From: Candidatus Krumholzibacteriia bacterium | GTDB lineage: Bacteria; Krumholzibacteriota; Krumholzibacteriia; WVZY01 | Direction of reading: 5' to 3' | Length of the DNA stretch: 19,000 nt | Assembly: GCA_036478295.1 (NCBI GenBank) | Contig: JAZGDW010000011.1 | Span: forward strand, 1 to 19,000 | Shown here: positions 1 to 9,260 of the stretch, one piece after another | Position numbering within the stretch: position 1 is the stretch's first letter | Layout: every line of letters starts with the position of its first letter | The notes under the pieces: model-generated | What the model saw: only the letters and a program-made list of their open reading frames with translations | What the model was told of the DNA's origin: nothing | Database searches by the model: none | Made by a program: the position numbers and the translations under genes

Positions 1-72
1 CCTGCGAAACGCTTGGGAGAGCGGATCGTCGTAGGAATTACCCTCGGGGCGAGTGGGGTTCGGGGTTTTCAT
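1..72 (-). CDS. 5' end of a gene running off the left edge (MKTPNPTRPEGNSYDDPLSQAFRR...), product unknown
   Basis: ATG at 72-70 on the minus strand, GAGG 7 nt upstream, frame open for 24 codons to the window edge. Same strand as, and 74 nt downstream of, the DUF2207 gene. Too short to appear in the ORF track. Confidence 0.45.
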   Translation of the reverse strand, partial: MKTPNPTRPEGNSYDDPLSQAFRR

Positions 73-146
73 AGTGATGCCTCTGGGTGACAAACGCAGT
101 AGTAACCTTCGGTCCGGGCGCGTTGTCCGTTCGCGACGGGTTGAGC

Positions 147-2030
147 CTATCCCGCCCCGACGCTGCCTCCGCCGCTTCCGCCACCACCCCCACCACTCGC
201 TCCCCCGCCGGTGCCGGATGCGGAACTCATCGTGGTCGAGACGGTATTCACCATGGAGGTCAGGCCGGAGGCCAGAGAGGAGAGGCTGTCGTCGAACGTC
301 CCGGCCGGGTTAGCGCCCCCGTAGAACCATACCGGTGCCATGCGGCGGCCGTCGTCACCGATGAGCTCCAGCTTTGGGAACAGCTGTTTGTGCATACCGA
401 AGACGATAGCCGCTACCATGTACCGTTCCCACGCCGTCGAATCCAGCCGGACCGGCCCCATCGCTTTGCCGACCTTCGTGAGATGTTTGCGGAATGCCAT
501 CCACGCGACGTGTAGTCGTTTTCCTTCCTTCGTGCGCCGCTGCAGCGTCACGGTCAGAATGGCTATCGTGACACCGGCCGCTATCGCCGCCGCGCCGGAG
601 GGCGAATCGGTAAGCGTCGAAAAGAGGATCCCCATCCCCAGGAGTAGCGCTCCCGCGATGCCGTTCACGGCCATCGCCCGCACGGGGTACGGTTCGTAAA
701 AGTCCATCGTTTTACCGAGTTTCTTGACTTCCTTCATCCACTCCATGAACCATTTTCGAAACGCGGTGCGCTTGCGGGTCGCCGCTTTCTTGAGGCCGGA
801 CATCGTAAACCCGGTGACGTCACCCGCCTCGGTGATCATGAATTCCACCAGCTTCATTTCGAACGGATCGAGGTCCGCCATTCGTTTCTCGGTCAGGTCA
901 AAACGGTAGTCCTTCTCCTTGCGCGTTCTGCCGAACCACCCCTTCTTCTCCCGCTCGGTCTCGGTAATCGTAAAGTAACCGCGGTCGGCGAGGTTCAACA
1001 GGGTAGCCACGATCGCCGGGCCGGCAACGCCCCGGTAGAGCAGATAGGAGAGCATCGCGGGCCGGTGCTTGCTCGGGATTTCACCGGGCACCGCATGGGA
1101 CTTCACACGATAAGGCCGGCCGTAACGCTGGAACGCCCGGTACCACATAAAAAGGCCCATGGCGCCGGCCACCAGAGAGACGAACATGAACTTCTTCCCC
1201 AACTCCTTCTTCCTCTGCCGCTCGATGGCCGCCTGCCGCGCGCGCTCGATGTGCGCCTGTCGTCTACGGTTTGCCTCCTCAGCCCAGCGTCGCTCCTCAT
1301 CCAGAATGGTCGTGAGCGCGGGCCCACCACCCGACGCGGGTACGTCCATGAATCGATCCGTCGGGTAGAGGATGCGCCCTTCCCAGAAGGCCCGTGCCGG
1401 CAGGTGGGACACGTTGAAATGAACCTTACCGTCGGCCCCGATCTCGACTGTCCCGCTGAGCGGCCCGTGCGCCCACGCCCGGATGTCCGATTTGTACATC
1501 CCCGCGGGCGGGTGTACGGTCACCCGCAGCTCACGAATCCTCCGGTCCCGGTCCCCGCCGATAAACTTGTAGTACAACTCGGCGACATCCGCGTGACGCT
1601 TCACGACGCCCCCAATGATGTAGGAGAAATGAAAGGTGCGCCTTTCGTCCACGGCCCGGTAGTACCAGGTGATTTTCGTTTTCGAGCCCTGCGAAAGCAT
1701 CGTGAACGTACCGGGGCTCTCGCCGCCCGCACGGCGGTAAACGCCACTCACGTCGCTCACACTCACGTCGCTGAGCGTCTCCCCCGTTTTAAGGGGAATC
1801 TCCCGGAAGGCGAACCTGAAGTTACCGTTGAACACGTAGGTGATTTCTTCCTCGATGGCCAGCGACCCGTCACCGCGCACGGTCGCCTCGACGTGGATGC
1901 TTTCGATGGAATACGATTTTGCCCAGCCGGGCGCCGGCCGACCGGTCAGCGCGAGCACCACGATAACGAAAACAAGCGCCGCCCAGCGGCATGGCGTGGC
2001 AAGGGCTCCGTGGGGAGTGTGTGAGGTCAT
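147..2030 (-). CDS. DUF2207 family (YciQ-like) membrane protein, about 627 aa
   Basis: Signal peptide (WAALVFVIVVLALTGRPAPGWA|KSY). N-terminal 'YSIESIHVEATVRGDGSLAIEEEITYVF' and 'WAHGPLSG' segments, several TM helices, 'WERYMVAAIVFG' and a Gly/Ser-rich tail, all typical of DUF2207. Start placed at ATG 2030; the ORF is open back to ATG 2258. Confidence 0.88.
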   Translation of the reverse strand: MTSHTPHGALATPCRWAALVFVIVVLALTGRPAPGWAKSYSIESIHVEATVRGDGSLAIEEEITYVFNGNFRFAFREIPLKTGETLSDVSVSDVSGVYRRAGGESPGTFTMLSQGSKTKITWYYRAVDERRTFHFSYIIGGVVKRHADVAELYYKFIGGDRDRRIRELRVTVHPPAGMYKSDIRAWAHGPLSGTVEIGADGKVHFNVSHLPARAFWEGRILYPTDRFMDVPASGGGPALTTILDEERRWAEEANRRRQAHIERARQAAIERQRKKELGKKFMFVSLVAGAMGLFMWYRAFQRYGRPYRVKSHAVPGEIPSKHRPAMLSYLLYRGVAGPAIVATLLNLADRGYFTITETEREKKGWFGRTRKEKDYRFDLTEKRMADLDPFEMKLVEFMITEAGDVTGFTMSGLKKAATRKRTAFRKWFMEWMKEVKKLGKTMDFYEPYPVRAMAVNGIAGALLLGMGILFSTLTDSPSGAAAIAAGVTIAILTVTLQRRTKEGKRLHVAWMAFRKHLTKVGKAMGPVRLDSTAWERYMVAAIVFGMHKQLFPKLELIGDDGRRMAPVWFYGGANPAGTFDDSLSSLASGLTSMVNTVSTTMSSASGTGGGASGGGGGGSGGGSVGAG

Positions 2031-2085
2031 GTCCCTATTTACCCTCGATCCATTCGCCCTGGCAACAAGAAAACCCGGGTCAGGG

Positions 2086-2214
2086 GGCGTGACCGGTACC
2101 CGCGGCGTGACCGGTACCCGGCGGCGTGACCAGTACCCGCAGCCTGACCGGGTTCGGCGGCGCGACTGGGTCCGCGAGCGTGACCGGTACTCACCCGGCG
2201 TGACCGGTACCCGC
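2086..2214 (+). repeat. Degenerate tandem repeat, 7 units of about 18 bp, consensus GGCGTGACCGGTACCCGC
   Basis: Units start at 2086, 2104, 2123, 2141, 2159, 2177 and 2197 (lengths 18, 19, 18, 18, 18, 20, 18). First and last units are identical; no unique spacers. Confidence 0.9.
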
Positions 2215-2254
2215 GGGGCGCCCCACCGATTGCAGGTCGCGTCTTCCGGTGGTT

Positions 2255-3016
2255 TCATGGCTTCGCCACATACTTACCCGCCCAGGCCGATATCACTTCC
2301 CCGACGTAGCGGGAGTCGCTTTCGTCGAGCAGCAGGTGATCCGCACGGTCGAGCGACACAAAGCTCTTGGGATGACGGGCGGTCAGGAAAATGTTCTGTG
2401 CACTCTCGATCCCCACGACCGTGTCCGCCGGCGAATGGAATACGAGGAGCGCCCTCCCCAGCTCACGGATCGCCTGACGCATGCCGCTCTCCTCGAGATC
2501 GTCGAGAAATTGCTTCTTGATCCGGAAGCGAGTGCCGCCGATCACGACTTCGGCTTCGCCCCGCTCCTCGATGACGGCGCGTACCGGCGCCAGCAGACCG
2601 GCCAGGTGAGCCGGGTCGAACGGTGCGGCGATTGTCGCCACCGCCACGCACGCCGGCACCTGCGACGCGGCCCGTAGAACCGCGGCGCCACCCAGCGAGT
2701 GGCCGATGAGAATCTTCGGAGCCTGGTACTCATCCCCAAGAAAACCCGCAGCGCTCACCAGGTCCGTTACGTTGGTCGAGAAGTTCGTGTCACCGAACTC
2801 ACCTTCGCTCTCACCGAGGCCGGTGAAGTCAAACCGCAGCACCGCGATGCCCCTCGCGCATAGCGCACGGCTGATGTTGGTAACGGCCTTGTAATTCTTG
2901 GAACAGGTGAAGCAATGCGCGAATAGTGCATACGCGATCGGGTCTTCGGGAAGCTCGAGCCGCGCCGCCAGCTCGTGCCCGTCGGCATTATGGAAAACCA
3001 CTTTGCGAGAATCCAA
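2255..3016 (-). CDS. Alpha/beta hydrolase, stand-alone version of the N-terminal domain of hydrolase/OsmC fusion proteins, 253 aa
   Basis: 'ALFAHCFTCSK', 'RFDFTGLGESEGEF', nucleophile elbow GHSLGG, 'HSPADTVV' (Asp) and 'ADHLL' (His). TTG start at 3016 with AGGAG 8 nt upstream. Confidence 0.9.
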   Translation of the reverse strand: MDSRKVVFHNADGHELAARLELPEDPIAYALFAHCFTCSKNYKAVTNISRALCARGIAVLRFDFTGLGESEGEFGDTNFSTNVTDLVSAAGFLGDEYQAPKILIGHSLGGAAVLRAASQVPACVAVATIAAPFDPAHLAGLLAPVRAVIEERGEAEVVIGGTRFRIKKQFLDDLEESGMRQAIRELGRALLVFHSPADTVVGIESAQNIFLTARHPKSFVSLDRADHLLLDESDSRYVGEVISAWAGKYVAKP

Positions 3017-3119
3017 ACGTGCGGCTCCTTTCCTGACAAAAACCAAGTGCCGGATGAAACCTGCTGGCTGGACGAAACCTCCCGTCTGGCAGGAAGCGCT
3101 GTCCCGGACGTCGGGTCGG

Positions 3120-3148
3120 ATTATAGCCACATGGCGGGGCAATTCCAA
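3120..3148 (-). promoter_or_regulatory. Sigma70-type promoter for the hydrolase (and possibly DUF2207) transcript
   Basis: Minus strand TTGGAA (3148-3143), 17-nt spacer, perfect TATAAT (3125-3120). Lies about 100 nt upstream of the TTG start. Confidence 0.65.
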
Positions 3149-3257
3149 GACAGAGAACGCCGTTGTCTCCGACGACACACTCACCGCGGACCTCATCCTC
3201 CATTTGTAATCGGTTAGGTTTTCACCCGGTTACGGAACACCTGTACGTGATCTTGAC

Positions 3258-3285
3258 TTGAAAAACCGCCGCAATCACGTATCAT
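3258..3285 (+). promoter_or_regulatory. Possible sigma70-type promoter for the beta-propeller/RND operon
   Basis: TTGAAA (3258-3263), 16-nt spacer, TATCAT (3280-3285) in the divergent intergenic region. Confidence 0.45.
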
Positions 3286-3391
3286 TCGGGGGACGGCTCC
3301 CTCACTCGATCAGGTCAGGGGGGGGCAAGCGTTGAATATTCTTCGACCTCCCGTGTAGATGGCCCGTGACCCCGCCCCAGGGGGGGCGCGC

Positions 3392-3429
3392 GTTCAGTTT
3401 CCTGGAACCTGAACACCGTGAACGACGTA
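3392..3429 (+). promoter_or_regulatory. Possible ECF-sigma promoter overlapped by an inverted repeat
   Basis: GGAACC (3404-3409), 16 nt, CGTA (3426-3429), which fits the AAC...CGT ECF pattern. Inverted repeat GTTCAGtTTCC-t-GGAAcCTGAAC at 3392-3414. Confidence 0.35.
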
Positions 3430-3476
3430 CGCAACAATGGGTCTGTCCAAAGAAAACTATCCGAAGGGAGTCATCC

Positions 3477-4742
3477 ATGATCAAAAGATTACTGGCGCTT
3501 GGCGCCGTGGGCTTGCTAGTGCTGGCCGCTTGGCAGCCGGCGACAGCGGGCGAGTGGAAGGGCAAGGAGACCGTCAAGGACGGGGTCAAGCACGTTATGA
3601 ACCCCGCACAAGCTATGGAAGCGCCGATGAGCTCCGAGCTCGAAGAGCTGTGGCGCCTGGGCGGCGACACGGACGACGAGGACGAATTCTTCGGGGTTAT
3701 CGGCGCGATAATGGCCGACGACGAGGGCAACATCTATCTCCTCGATTCCCAGCTGGCGGAAATCAAGATCTATACCGCGGACGGCGAGTTCCTGCGCAGC
3801 ATCGGCCGTGAGGGTGAGGGCCCCGGCGAGTTCAAGCTTCCCACCGCCATGTTCTTTACACCGGACGGCAACATCGCCGTCGTGCAGGTCCAGCCGGGGA
3901 AAATCGTCCTGCTCACTCCGGATGGCGAACCGGTCGGCGAGCATCCCCTGCCAGAACAGGAGGCGGGCGGCTTTGTCAGCCTGGTCGGCGGCCAGGCCAG
4001 GGGCAAGAACGTCGTACTGGCCGCCGCGGTCAGCGCCTTTAGTGAGGGCAAGTTCGAGCAGACCCGGTACCTGGCCTCGGTCGATAGTGACGGCAACGAG
4101 CTCGCCCGTTACTGCAGTGACGTACGCACCATTGACTTTGCCAACGCGCTGATGGAGGAGGTGGCGTGGGATACATTCGACCGGCGCTGGATGGTCGACG
4201 ACCAGGGGCGGGTGTATGCGGCCACAAGTTTTTCGGACTACCGGATTCATGTCTGGAATCCCGACGGCAAGGTCGCGTACGTGGTCGAGCGCGAGTACAC
4301 ACACCGCAAGCGAACTGCCAAAGAGCGCGAGCAGATCGAGGCTTTGTACGGCGTCTTCGCCAAGCGCATACCGAACAGTACGGTGCGCGTCAACGATTTT
4401 CACAAGGACATTGAATCGTTCTACGTCCGCGACGACGGCAGCATCTGGGTCCTGCCCAGCGACGGCAGCTACGATCTCCCCGATGGAACCGTGGGAACCT
4501 TTGACGTGTATGACAATGAAGGACGGCTGGTGCGCCAGGTGACGCTCAAAGGTGAGGGTGACGCGCTGACCGACGGCTTCTACTTCGTCAAGGACCGTCT
4601 CTACGTCGTGACCGATTTGGTGCAGGCGTCGATCGCCCTGCAGTCCGGAGGCGAGTCGTTCCAGATCGGCGACGAGGAGCCGGAGCCGATGAGCGTGATT
4701 GCCTACAAGCTCGACGGCGATGTGCTCACCTTGCGGCGCTAG
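3477..4742 (+). CDS. Secreted 6-bladed beta-propeller (NHL/TolB-like repeat) protein, 421 aa
   Basis: AAGGGAG RBS before ATG 3477. Sec signal MIKRLLALGAVGLLVLAAWQPATA. Repeat motifs 'DDEGNIYLLD', 'SIGREGEGPGEFKLP', 'TPDGNIAV', 'DDQGRVY', 'DDGSIWV', 'FDVYDNEGRL'. Confidence 0.85.
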   Translation: MIKRLLALGAVGLLVLAAWQPATAGEWKGKETVKDGVKHVMNPAQAMEAPMSSELEELWRLGGDTDDEDEFFGVIGAIMADDEGNIYLLDSQLAEIKIYTADGEFLRSIGREGEGPGEFKLPTAMFFTPDGNIAVVQVQPGKIVLLTPDGEPVGEHPLPEQEAGGFVSLVGGQARGKNVVLAAAVSAFSEGKFEQTRYLASVDSDGNELARYCSDVRTIDFANALMEEVAWDTFDRRWMVDDQGRVYAATSFSDYRIHVWNPDGKVAYVVEREYTHRKRTAKEREQIEALYGVFAKRIPNSTVRVNDFHKDIESFYVRDDGSIWVLPSDGSYDLPDGTVGTFDVYDNEGRLVRQVTLKGEGDALTDGFYFVKDRLYVVTDLVQASIALQSGGESFQIGDEEPEPMSVIAYKLDGDVLTLRR

Positions 4743-4802
4743 TAAGGCCGTCGTACCACCGCTGGAAGTGTCCCGCGGATTCGAGGGTCAGGAGGGTTTA
4801 AC

Positions 4803-6110
4803 GTGTTACCCCGTTTTTTTCGCCGTGCTTTGTGCGCGACAATGGTAATGAGCCTGGTCGTAGTGTCCATCGGTTGTGGTTCGAACTCGTCATCCGGCAA
4901 CGCAGCCGCCTCGGACAGCGCGGCGGTGGCCGAATCTCCGGGTGACAAGAGCGATGCCGCCGCCGCGGACAAGCCGAAGAAGACCAAGAAGCGGCGCGAG
5001 CGCACCACGTCGGTCAATGTCTCCCGCGCTTTGCGGGGCGACCTCGTCGTGCCCGTGATCGCCGAGGGTACGTTCAGGGCACGACACAGCGCTGAGCTCC
5101 GCACCGAAATTGCCGGCCGCCTCGTTCGCATCACAGCCAGCGAGGGACAGTCCGTCCGCAAGGGCGACCTGATCGCCAAGTTGGACTCGCGCGAATACGA
5201 GGTGGCGGAAGAAGAGGCGCGCTCGAAATATTTTCAGGCGCTCAGCCTTCTCGCTATCGAAGACGAGCAGATGGAACCTCTCGAGCGGCCGGCCGAACTC
5301 CAGAAAAAGATCGACGAACTGTTCCAGCTCGAAAGACGGGGCGCCATCACTCGCGAGGAGCGCCTCGCCCGTGAGGTGGCCCTGGATGTCGAGGCGCTCA
5401 AACAGGGTTACTTTCGCGTGGACGTCGTGGCGGGCCGCAGCGGTATCGCCGCCGCGCGCGCCTCGCTGGAGCGCGCCCGCCTCGACATCGAGCGCACGGA
5501 GATCCGGGCGCCCTTCGACGGCATTATCACCGAGCTCGAGATTAGTGCGGGCGAGCAAATGACCGTCGGCCAGACCATCTGCGCACTGGTCAACAACACG
5601 GATATCGAAGCCAAGGTCGGCGTGCTCGAAAGCGACATCGGCAAGCTCGCCGTCGGACGTCCCGCCTTGCTGGCCGTGCCCGCCCTCGGGGAAACCCTGC
5701 GTGTAACGGTCGACGTCATCAGCCCGCGCTTCGACCGGGAAAGCCGCACCTGCCAGGTGTTGCTCCGCCTCAAGAACACGCGGGGGCGCGTGCGCCCCGG
5801 GATGTTCGTGCGTGCCATCATCGCGGGCGAGACCTTCGACGACCTGCTGCTGGTTCCCCGCGAAGCCATCCTGACGCGCGACGGTCGCCCGCTGCTCTTC
5901 AAGATCGACGGCGACCGCGCCAAGTGGCTCTATGTCAAGATCGGCCACCAGAACGACCACCTGGTCGAAATCAACCGTGTTCTCCAGGGCGGCGCTCTCA
6001 CGCCCGACGATCAGGTGGTGGTGACCAACCACCTCACGCTGGCGCACGAGGCCAAGGTCAAAGTCAAGAAAGTACTCCCCGTCCGCGACCCCTGGGCGCC
6101 CGCGAACTAA
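4803..6110 (+). CDS. RND efflux periplasmic adaptor (membrane fusion protein), probable lipoprotein
   Basis: AGGAGG RBS and GTG start. Lipobox-like VSIGC, lipoyl halves 'EGQSVRKGDLIAKLD' and 'EIRAPFDGII', long helical hairpin, 'RPGMFVRA', 'LLVPREAI'. Confidence 0.92.
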   Translation: MLPRFFRRALCATMVMSLVVVSIGCGSNSSSGNAAASDSAAVAESPGDKSDAAAADKPKKTKKRRERTTSVNVSRALRGDLVVPVIAEGTFRARHSAELRTEIAGRLVRITASEGQSVRKGDLIAKLDSREYEVAEEEARSKYFQALSLLAIEDEQMEPLERPAELQKKIDELFQLERRGAITREERLAREVALDVEALKQGYFRVDVVAGRSGIAAARASLERARLDIERTEIRAPFDGIITELEISAGEQMTVGQTICALVNNTDIEAKVGVLESDIGKLAVGRPALLAVPALGETLRVTVDVISPRFDRESRTCQVLLRLKNTRGRVRPGMFVRAIIAGETFDDLLLVPREAILTRDGRPLLFKIDGDRAKWLYVKIGHQNDHLVEINRVLQGGALTPDDQVVVTNHLTLAHEAKVKVKKVLPVRDPWAPAN

Positions 6111-6119
6111 GGCGACCTC

Positions 6120-9100
6120 ATGCTGCGAGTCGTCATCCAGCGCCCGATTGCCATCGCGATGCTGTTTCTCGCGCTGGTGCTCATCGGGGGGTTGAGTTAT
6201 AAACGCCTGCCCGTCGATCTGCTGCCGTCGATTACCTACCCGCGTCTGACCGTCATCACGTCCTACGAAGACATTCCCGCCGAGGACCTCGAGCGCCTCG
6301 TCACCCAGCCCATCGAGGAGGTCGTGACCGCCCTCTCCGGCGTGCGCCGGGTCGTGTCGCGCACGCGCGAGGGCGTCTCCAACATCACGGTCGAGTACGA
6401 GTGGGGTACACAGATGGACTTTGCCAACCTGCACCTCCGTGAAGCGGTGGACCGGGTGGCCTTCCGTGACGATTTTCCGGAGGATGCCGAGCGTCCGGTG
6501 ATCCTGCGCTGGGATCCCCTGTCGCGGCCCATCAGTATCTTGACCCTGCGCGGCGACGACGGCGGCCGCATGCAATCGATTACCGACTTCGCCACGGAAG
6601 TGGTGAAGCCCGCGCTGCAGCAGGTCAACGGCATCAGCCAGGCCGAAGTGGTTGGCGGTGAGGACCGCGAGATCCTGGTCGAGCCCGACGTCAGGAAAAT
6701 GGATATCTACGGCGTGACCATTGAGGACATCCAGCAGGCGCTGGTGAGAAGCAACATTTCTTTTCCCGGGGGAAAAATTCGCCAGGGTCCCCTTCATCTC
6801 AGCCTGCGGATCGACGGTGAATACCAGTCGCTGGAAGACATCGCCGCAACCGACGTCGCCCGGGCGTCCGACTCGCCGGTGCGTATCTCCGACCTGGCGC
6901 GTGTAATCGATACGGTGAAAGAGGTGGAGGGTGTGACGCTGCTCGGTGACCAGCCGGTTGTTTCCATCCTCGTCTACAAGGAGCCGGAAGCCAACACGCT
7001 TCAGGTATCGGGAGAAATCGATCGCGCCCTCGGGGTACTCACGGAAGACTACGGGGATTTTCAATACGAATTCGTCTATCGCGACGCGCATTACGTGCGA
7101 GCATCGTTCAACGGTCTGGTCCAGTCGCTCATTGCCGGCGCCGGCCTGGCCTTTCTGGTTCTGTTTTTCTTTCTGCACAACTTTCGTACTCCGCTCGTCG
7201 TCGGCATCTCGATTCCCGTGTCCATCTTCATCACGTTCGCGCTGCTCTATTTCGGCAAGGTCAAGCTCAACCTGATGAGCCTCGGCGGCCTGTCATTGGC
7301 GGCGGGGATGCTCGTCGACAACGCCATCGTCGTACTGGAGAACATAAACCGCCACGTGCACGAACGATTCGGCACGGGCAAGGCCGGCGGCCCGGACAAG
7401 AGCCGGGGGCTGTCCCCATTGCAGCGCCAGCGCATGGTCGCCGATTCGGTGATTACCGGTACCGGTGAGGTGGCCCGCGCCGTCATCGCGGCGACGCTGA
7501 CCACCGTCGCCGTCTTTTTCCCCGTGGTGTACGTGCCCGGCATCGCGGGGGCGTTCTTCCGGGACCAGGCGCTGACGGTGACCTTCTCGCTGATCGTGTC
7601 AGTGGCCGCCGCCCTGCTCCTGCAGCCGATGTTGGCCGCCCGCCTGCTGTCGCGGCGACCTCGTGCACCCCGCGGTCTGTTCCGGCTCTTCGACAGGGTT
7701 TACCAGGCGTTCTATCGTCGCTACCACCGGGTGCTGGTTTCGGTCCTTCGCCGCCCCGCACCGATGCTGCTCGCGCTGCTCGCCGGTCTCGCGGTCACAG
7801 CCGTCATCGGCAGCCGCCTCGAGCGAAGCCTGATGCCCGAACGCAGCTCCGGGGATTTTGGAATCGACCTCGAGCTGCCCGCCGGCACGCCGCTGGAAGA
7901 AACCGTCGCCGCGGCCGCCGGCTTCGCCGCGTGGATCGAAGCGGACCCCGATGTTCGCACCGTGTTCACCCAGGTGGGGCGTACAGAGCGCACGCTGGCG
8001 GCGGTCAAGGACTACAGCGGCCCCAATACCGCCGATATGCGGGTGATTCTCGAACCGGGTCGCGGCGGGCGGCGCAAGGGCCTGCGCGTCCAGCGTGAGG
8101 CCGTCGAGCGTCTGAACGCGATGCCCGAGGTGCAGTACGTCTTTCACGAAGAAGGCATCGGCTTGCGCGAGCTACTCGCCTCCGACGAGGCTCCGTTCAG
8201 TCTTGGCGTGGTCGCGGATGACCCGTTGACGGCGCTCGAGTACGCAGAGGAGATTATACAAGCTCTGCGCGATCGGCAGGTCGTCGATGACCCGCACACC
8301 GACCGCGTGCTCGGAACGCCCAACCTGGTCATGCGGCTGGACGCCGAGCAAATCGCGCGGCACGGCCTGGACCCAGACCGCCTGGCGCGCGAGATCCGCA
8401 ACCGGGTCCGCGGCGTCGAAGCCACAACCTTCAACGAAGTGGATCAGCGCATTGACATCTCGGTCCGTATTCCGAGGGACCAGCGCCGTGACCTGACGGC
8501 GGCTCTAGATTCACCGGTCCAGCTCCCATCCGGAGAGACCGTTCCCCTGCGTTCGTTCATCGACCTCAAGGAGGAACGGCCGGTGCGTGAGCTGACGCGC
8601 CGTAACCAGCAGCGCATGGTCACGATTTCGGCCGAGCTGAGGAGTGGATCTCTCGACGACGCGTGGCGCGAGACGAGAGCGATTGCCGCCGCCATCGACC
8701 TGCCGCCGAACGTGCGGTTGGTGCCCGGCGGTGAGCAAAGCGAAATGGTCCGCAGCTTCAAGGACCTCGCGTGGGCGATGGCCCTGGCCATCCTGCTGGT
8801 CTACATGATTCTGGCGGCGCAGTTCGAGTCTTTCGTCGATCCCCTGCTGATCGCGTCGGTGATTCCGATGGGGCTGGCCGGTTCGATCCTCGCCGTCACC
8901 TTCTCGGGCGGCTCGCTCAACATGCTGTCGATTATCGGCATGGTGGCGCTGTTGGGGATCGCAGTCAACGACGCCATTATCAAGATCGATACCATACGAC
9001 GGCTGCGCTCCGACGGCATGGGCGGCTATGAAGCCATCCTCGAGGCCAGCCGCCTGCGGCTGCGGCCCATCCTGATGACGAGCGCCACCACCATTCTTGC

Positions 9101-9260
9101 CATGGTTCCGATGGCCATCGGCATCGGCAGCGGCGAGCAGCTGCAGCGACCGCTGGCGCTGACCATCATCGGCGGACTCTTCCTGACGACCGCGCTCACG
9201 CTGCTCTACACACCGATCCTTTACAAACTTGCGCACCGTATCGAAGAGGTGCGCTCATGA
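6120..9260 (+). CDS. RND efflux permease subunit 1 (AcrB/MdtB/SwrC-like), 1046 aa
   Basis: 'RPIAIAML', 'LPVDLLPSITYP', TM4 'GMLVDNAIVVLENI', 'ATLTTVAVFFP', 'LVYMILAAQFES', 'RLRPILMTS'. Confidence 0.95.
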   Translation: MLRVVIQRPIAIAMLFLALVLIGGLSYKRLPVDLLPSITYPRLTVITSYEDIPAEDLERLVTQPIEEVVTALSGVRRVVSRTREGVSNITVEYEWGTQMDFANLHLREAVDRVAFRDDFPEDAERPVILRWDPLSRPISILTLRGDDGGRMQSITDFATEVVKPALQQVNGISQAEVVGGEDREILVEPDVRKMDIYGVTIEDIQQALVRSNISFPGGKIRQGPLHLSLRIDGEYQSLEDIAATDVARASDSPVRISDLARVIDTVKEVEGVTLLGDQPVVSILVYKEPEANTLQVSGEIDRALGVLTEDYGDFQYEFVYRDAHYVRASFNGLVQSLIAGAGLAFLVLFFFLHNFRTPLVVGISIPVSIFITFALLYFGKVKLNLMSLGGLSLAAGMLVDNAIVVLENINRHVHERFGTGKAGGPDKSRGLSPLQRQRMVADSVITGTGEVARAVIAATLTTVAVFFPVVYVPGIAGAFFRDQALTVTFSLIVSVAAALLLQPMLAARLLSRRPRAPRGLFRLFDRVYQAFYRRYHRVLVSVLRRPAPMLLALLAGLAVTAVIGSRLERSLMPERSSGDFGIDLELPAGTPLEETVAAAAGFAAWIEADPDVRTVFTQVGRTERTLAAVKDYSGPNTADMRVILEPGRGGRRKGLRVQREAVERLNAMPEVQYVFHEEGIGLRELLASDEAPFSLGVVADDPLTALEYAEEIIQALRDRQVVDDPHTDRVLGTPNLVMRLDAEQIARHGLDPDRLAREIRNRVRGVEATTFNEVDQRIDISVRIPRDQRRDLTAALDSPVQLPSGETVPLRSFIDLKEERPVRELTRRNQQRMVTISAELRSGSLDDAWRETRAIAAAIDLPPNVRLVPGGEQSEMVRSFKDLAWAMALAILLVYMILAAQFESFVDPLLIASVIPMGLAGSILAVTFSGGSLNMLSIIGMVALLGIAVNDAIIKIDTIRRLRSDGMGGYEAILEASRLRLRPILMTSATTILAMVPMAIGIGSGEQLQRPLALTIIGGLFLTTALTLLYTPILYKLAHRIEEVRS

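Noticed and set aside
2086..2214. CRISPR array
   Set aside because: Units are contiguous and degenerate with no unique spacers, and there are no cas genes in the window. The same applies to 14336-14455.
2255..2257. Hydrolase as a truncated hydrolase-OsmC pseudogene or UGA readthrough
   Set aside because: No OsmC-like sequence follows the stop, only the repeat, and the catalytic domain is complete.
3017..3196. Longer start for the hydrolase
   Set aside because: A strong RBS precedes TTG 3016 and the predicted promoter lies inside the extension.
3290..3420. tRNA (including tRNA-Sec) or known riboswitch
   Set aside because: No cloverleaf or T-loop consensus, and no riboswitch consensus that I can recognise.
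4890..7178. 762-aa minus-strand ORF, and other long antisense ORFs (1065-2024, 3516-4403, 13531-14520, 10919-11746)
   Set aside because: They lie opposite well-supported genes and have no recognisable motifs. Such shadow ORFs are expected at high GC.
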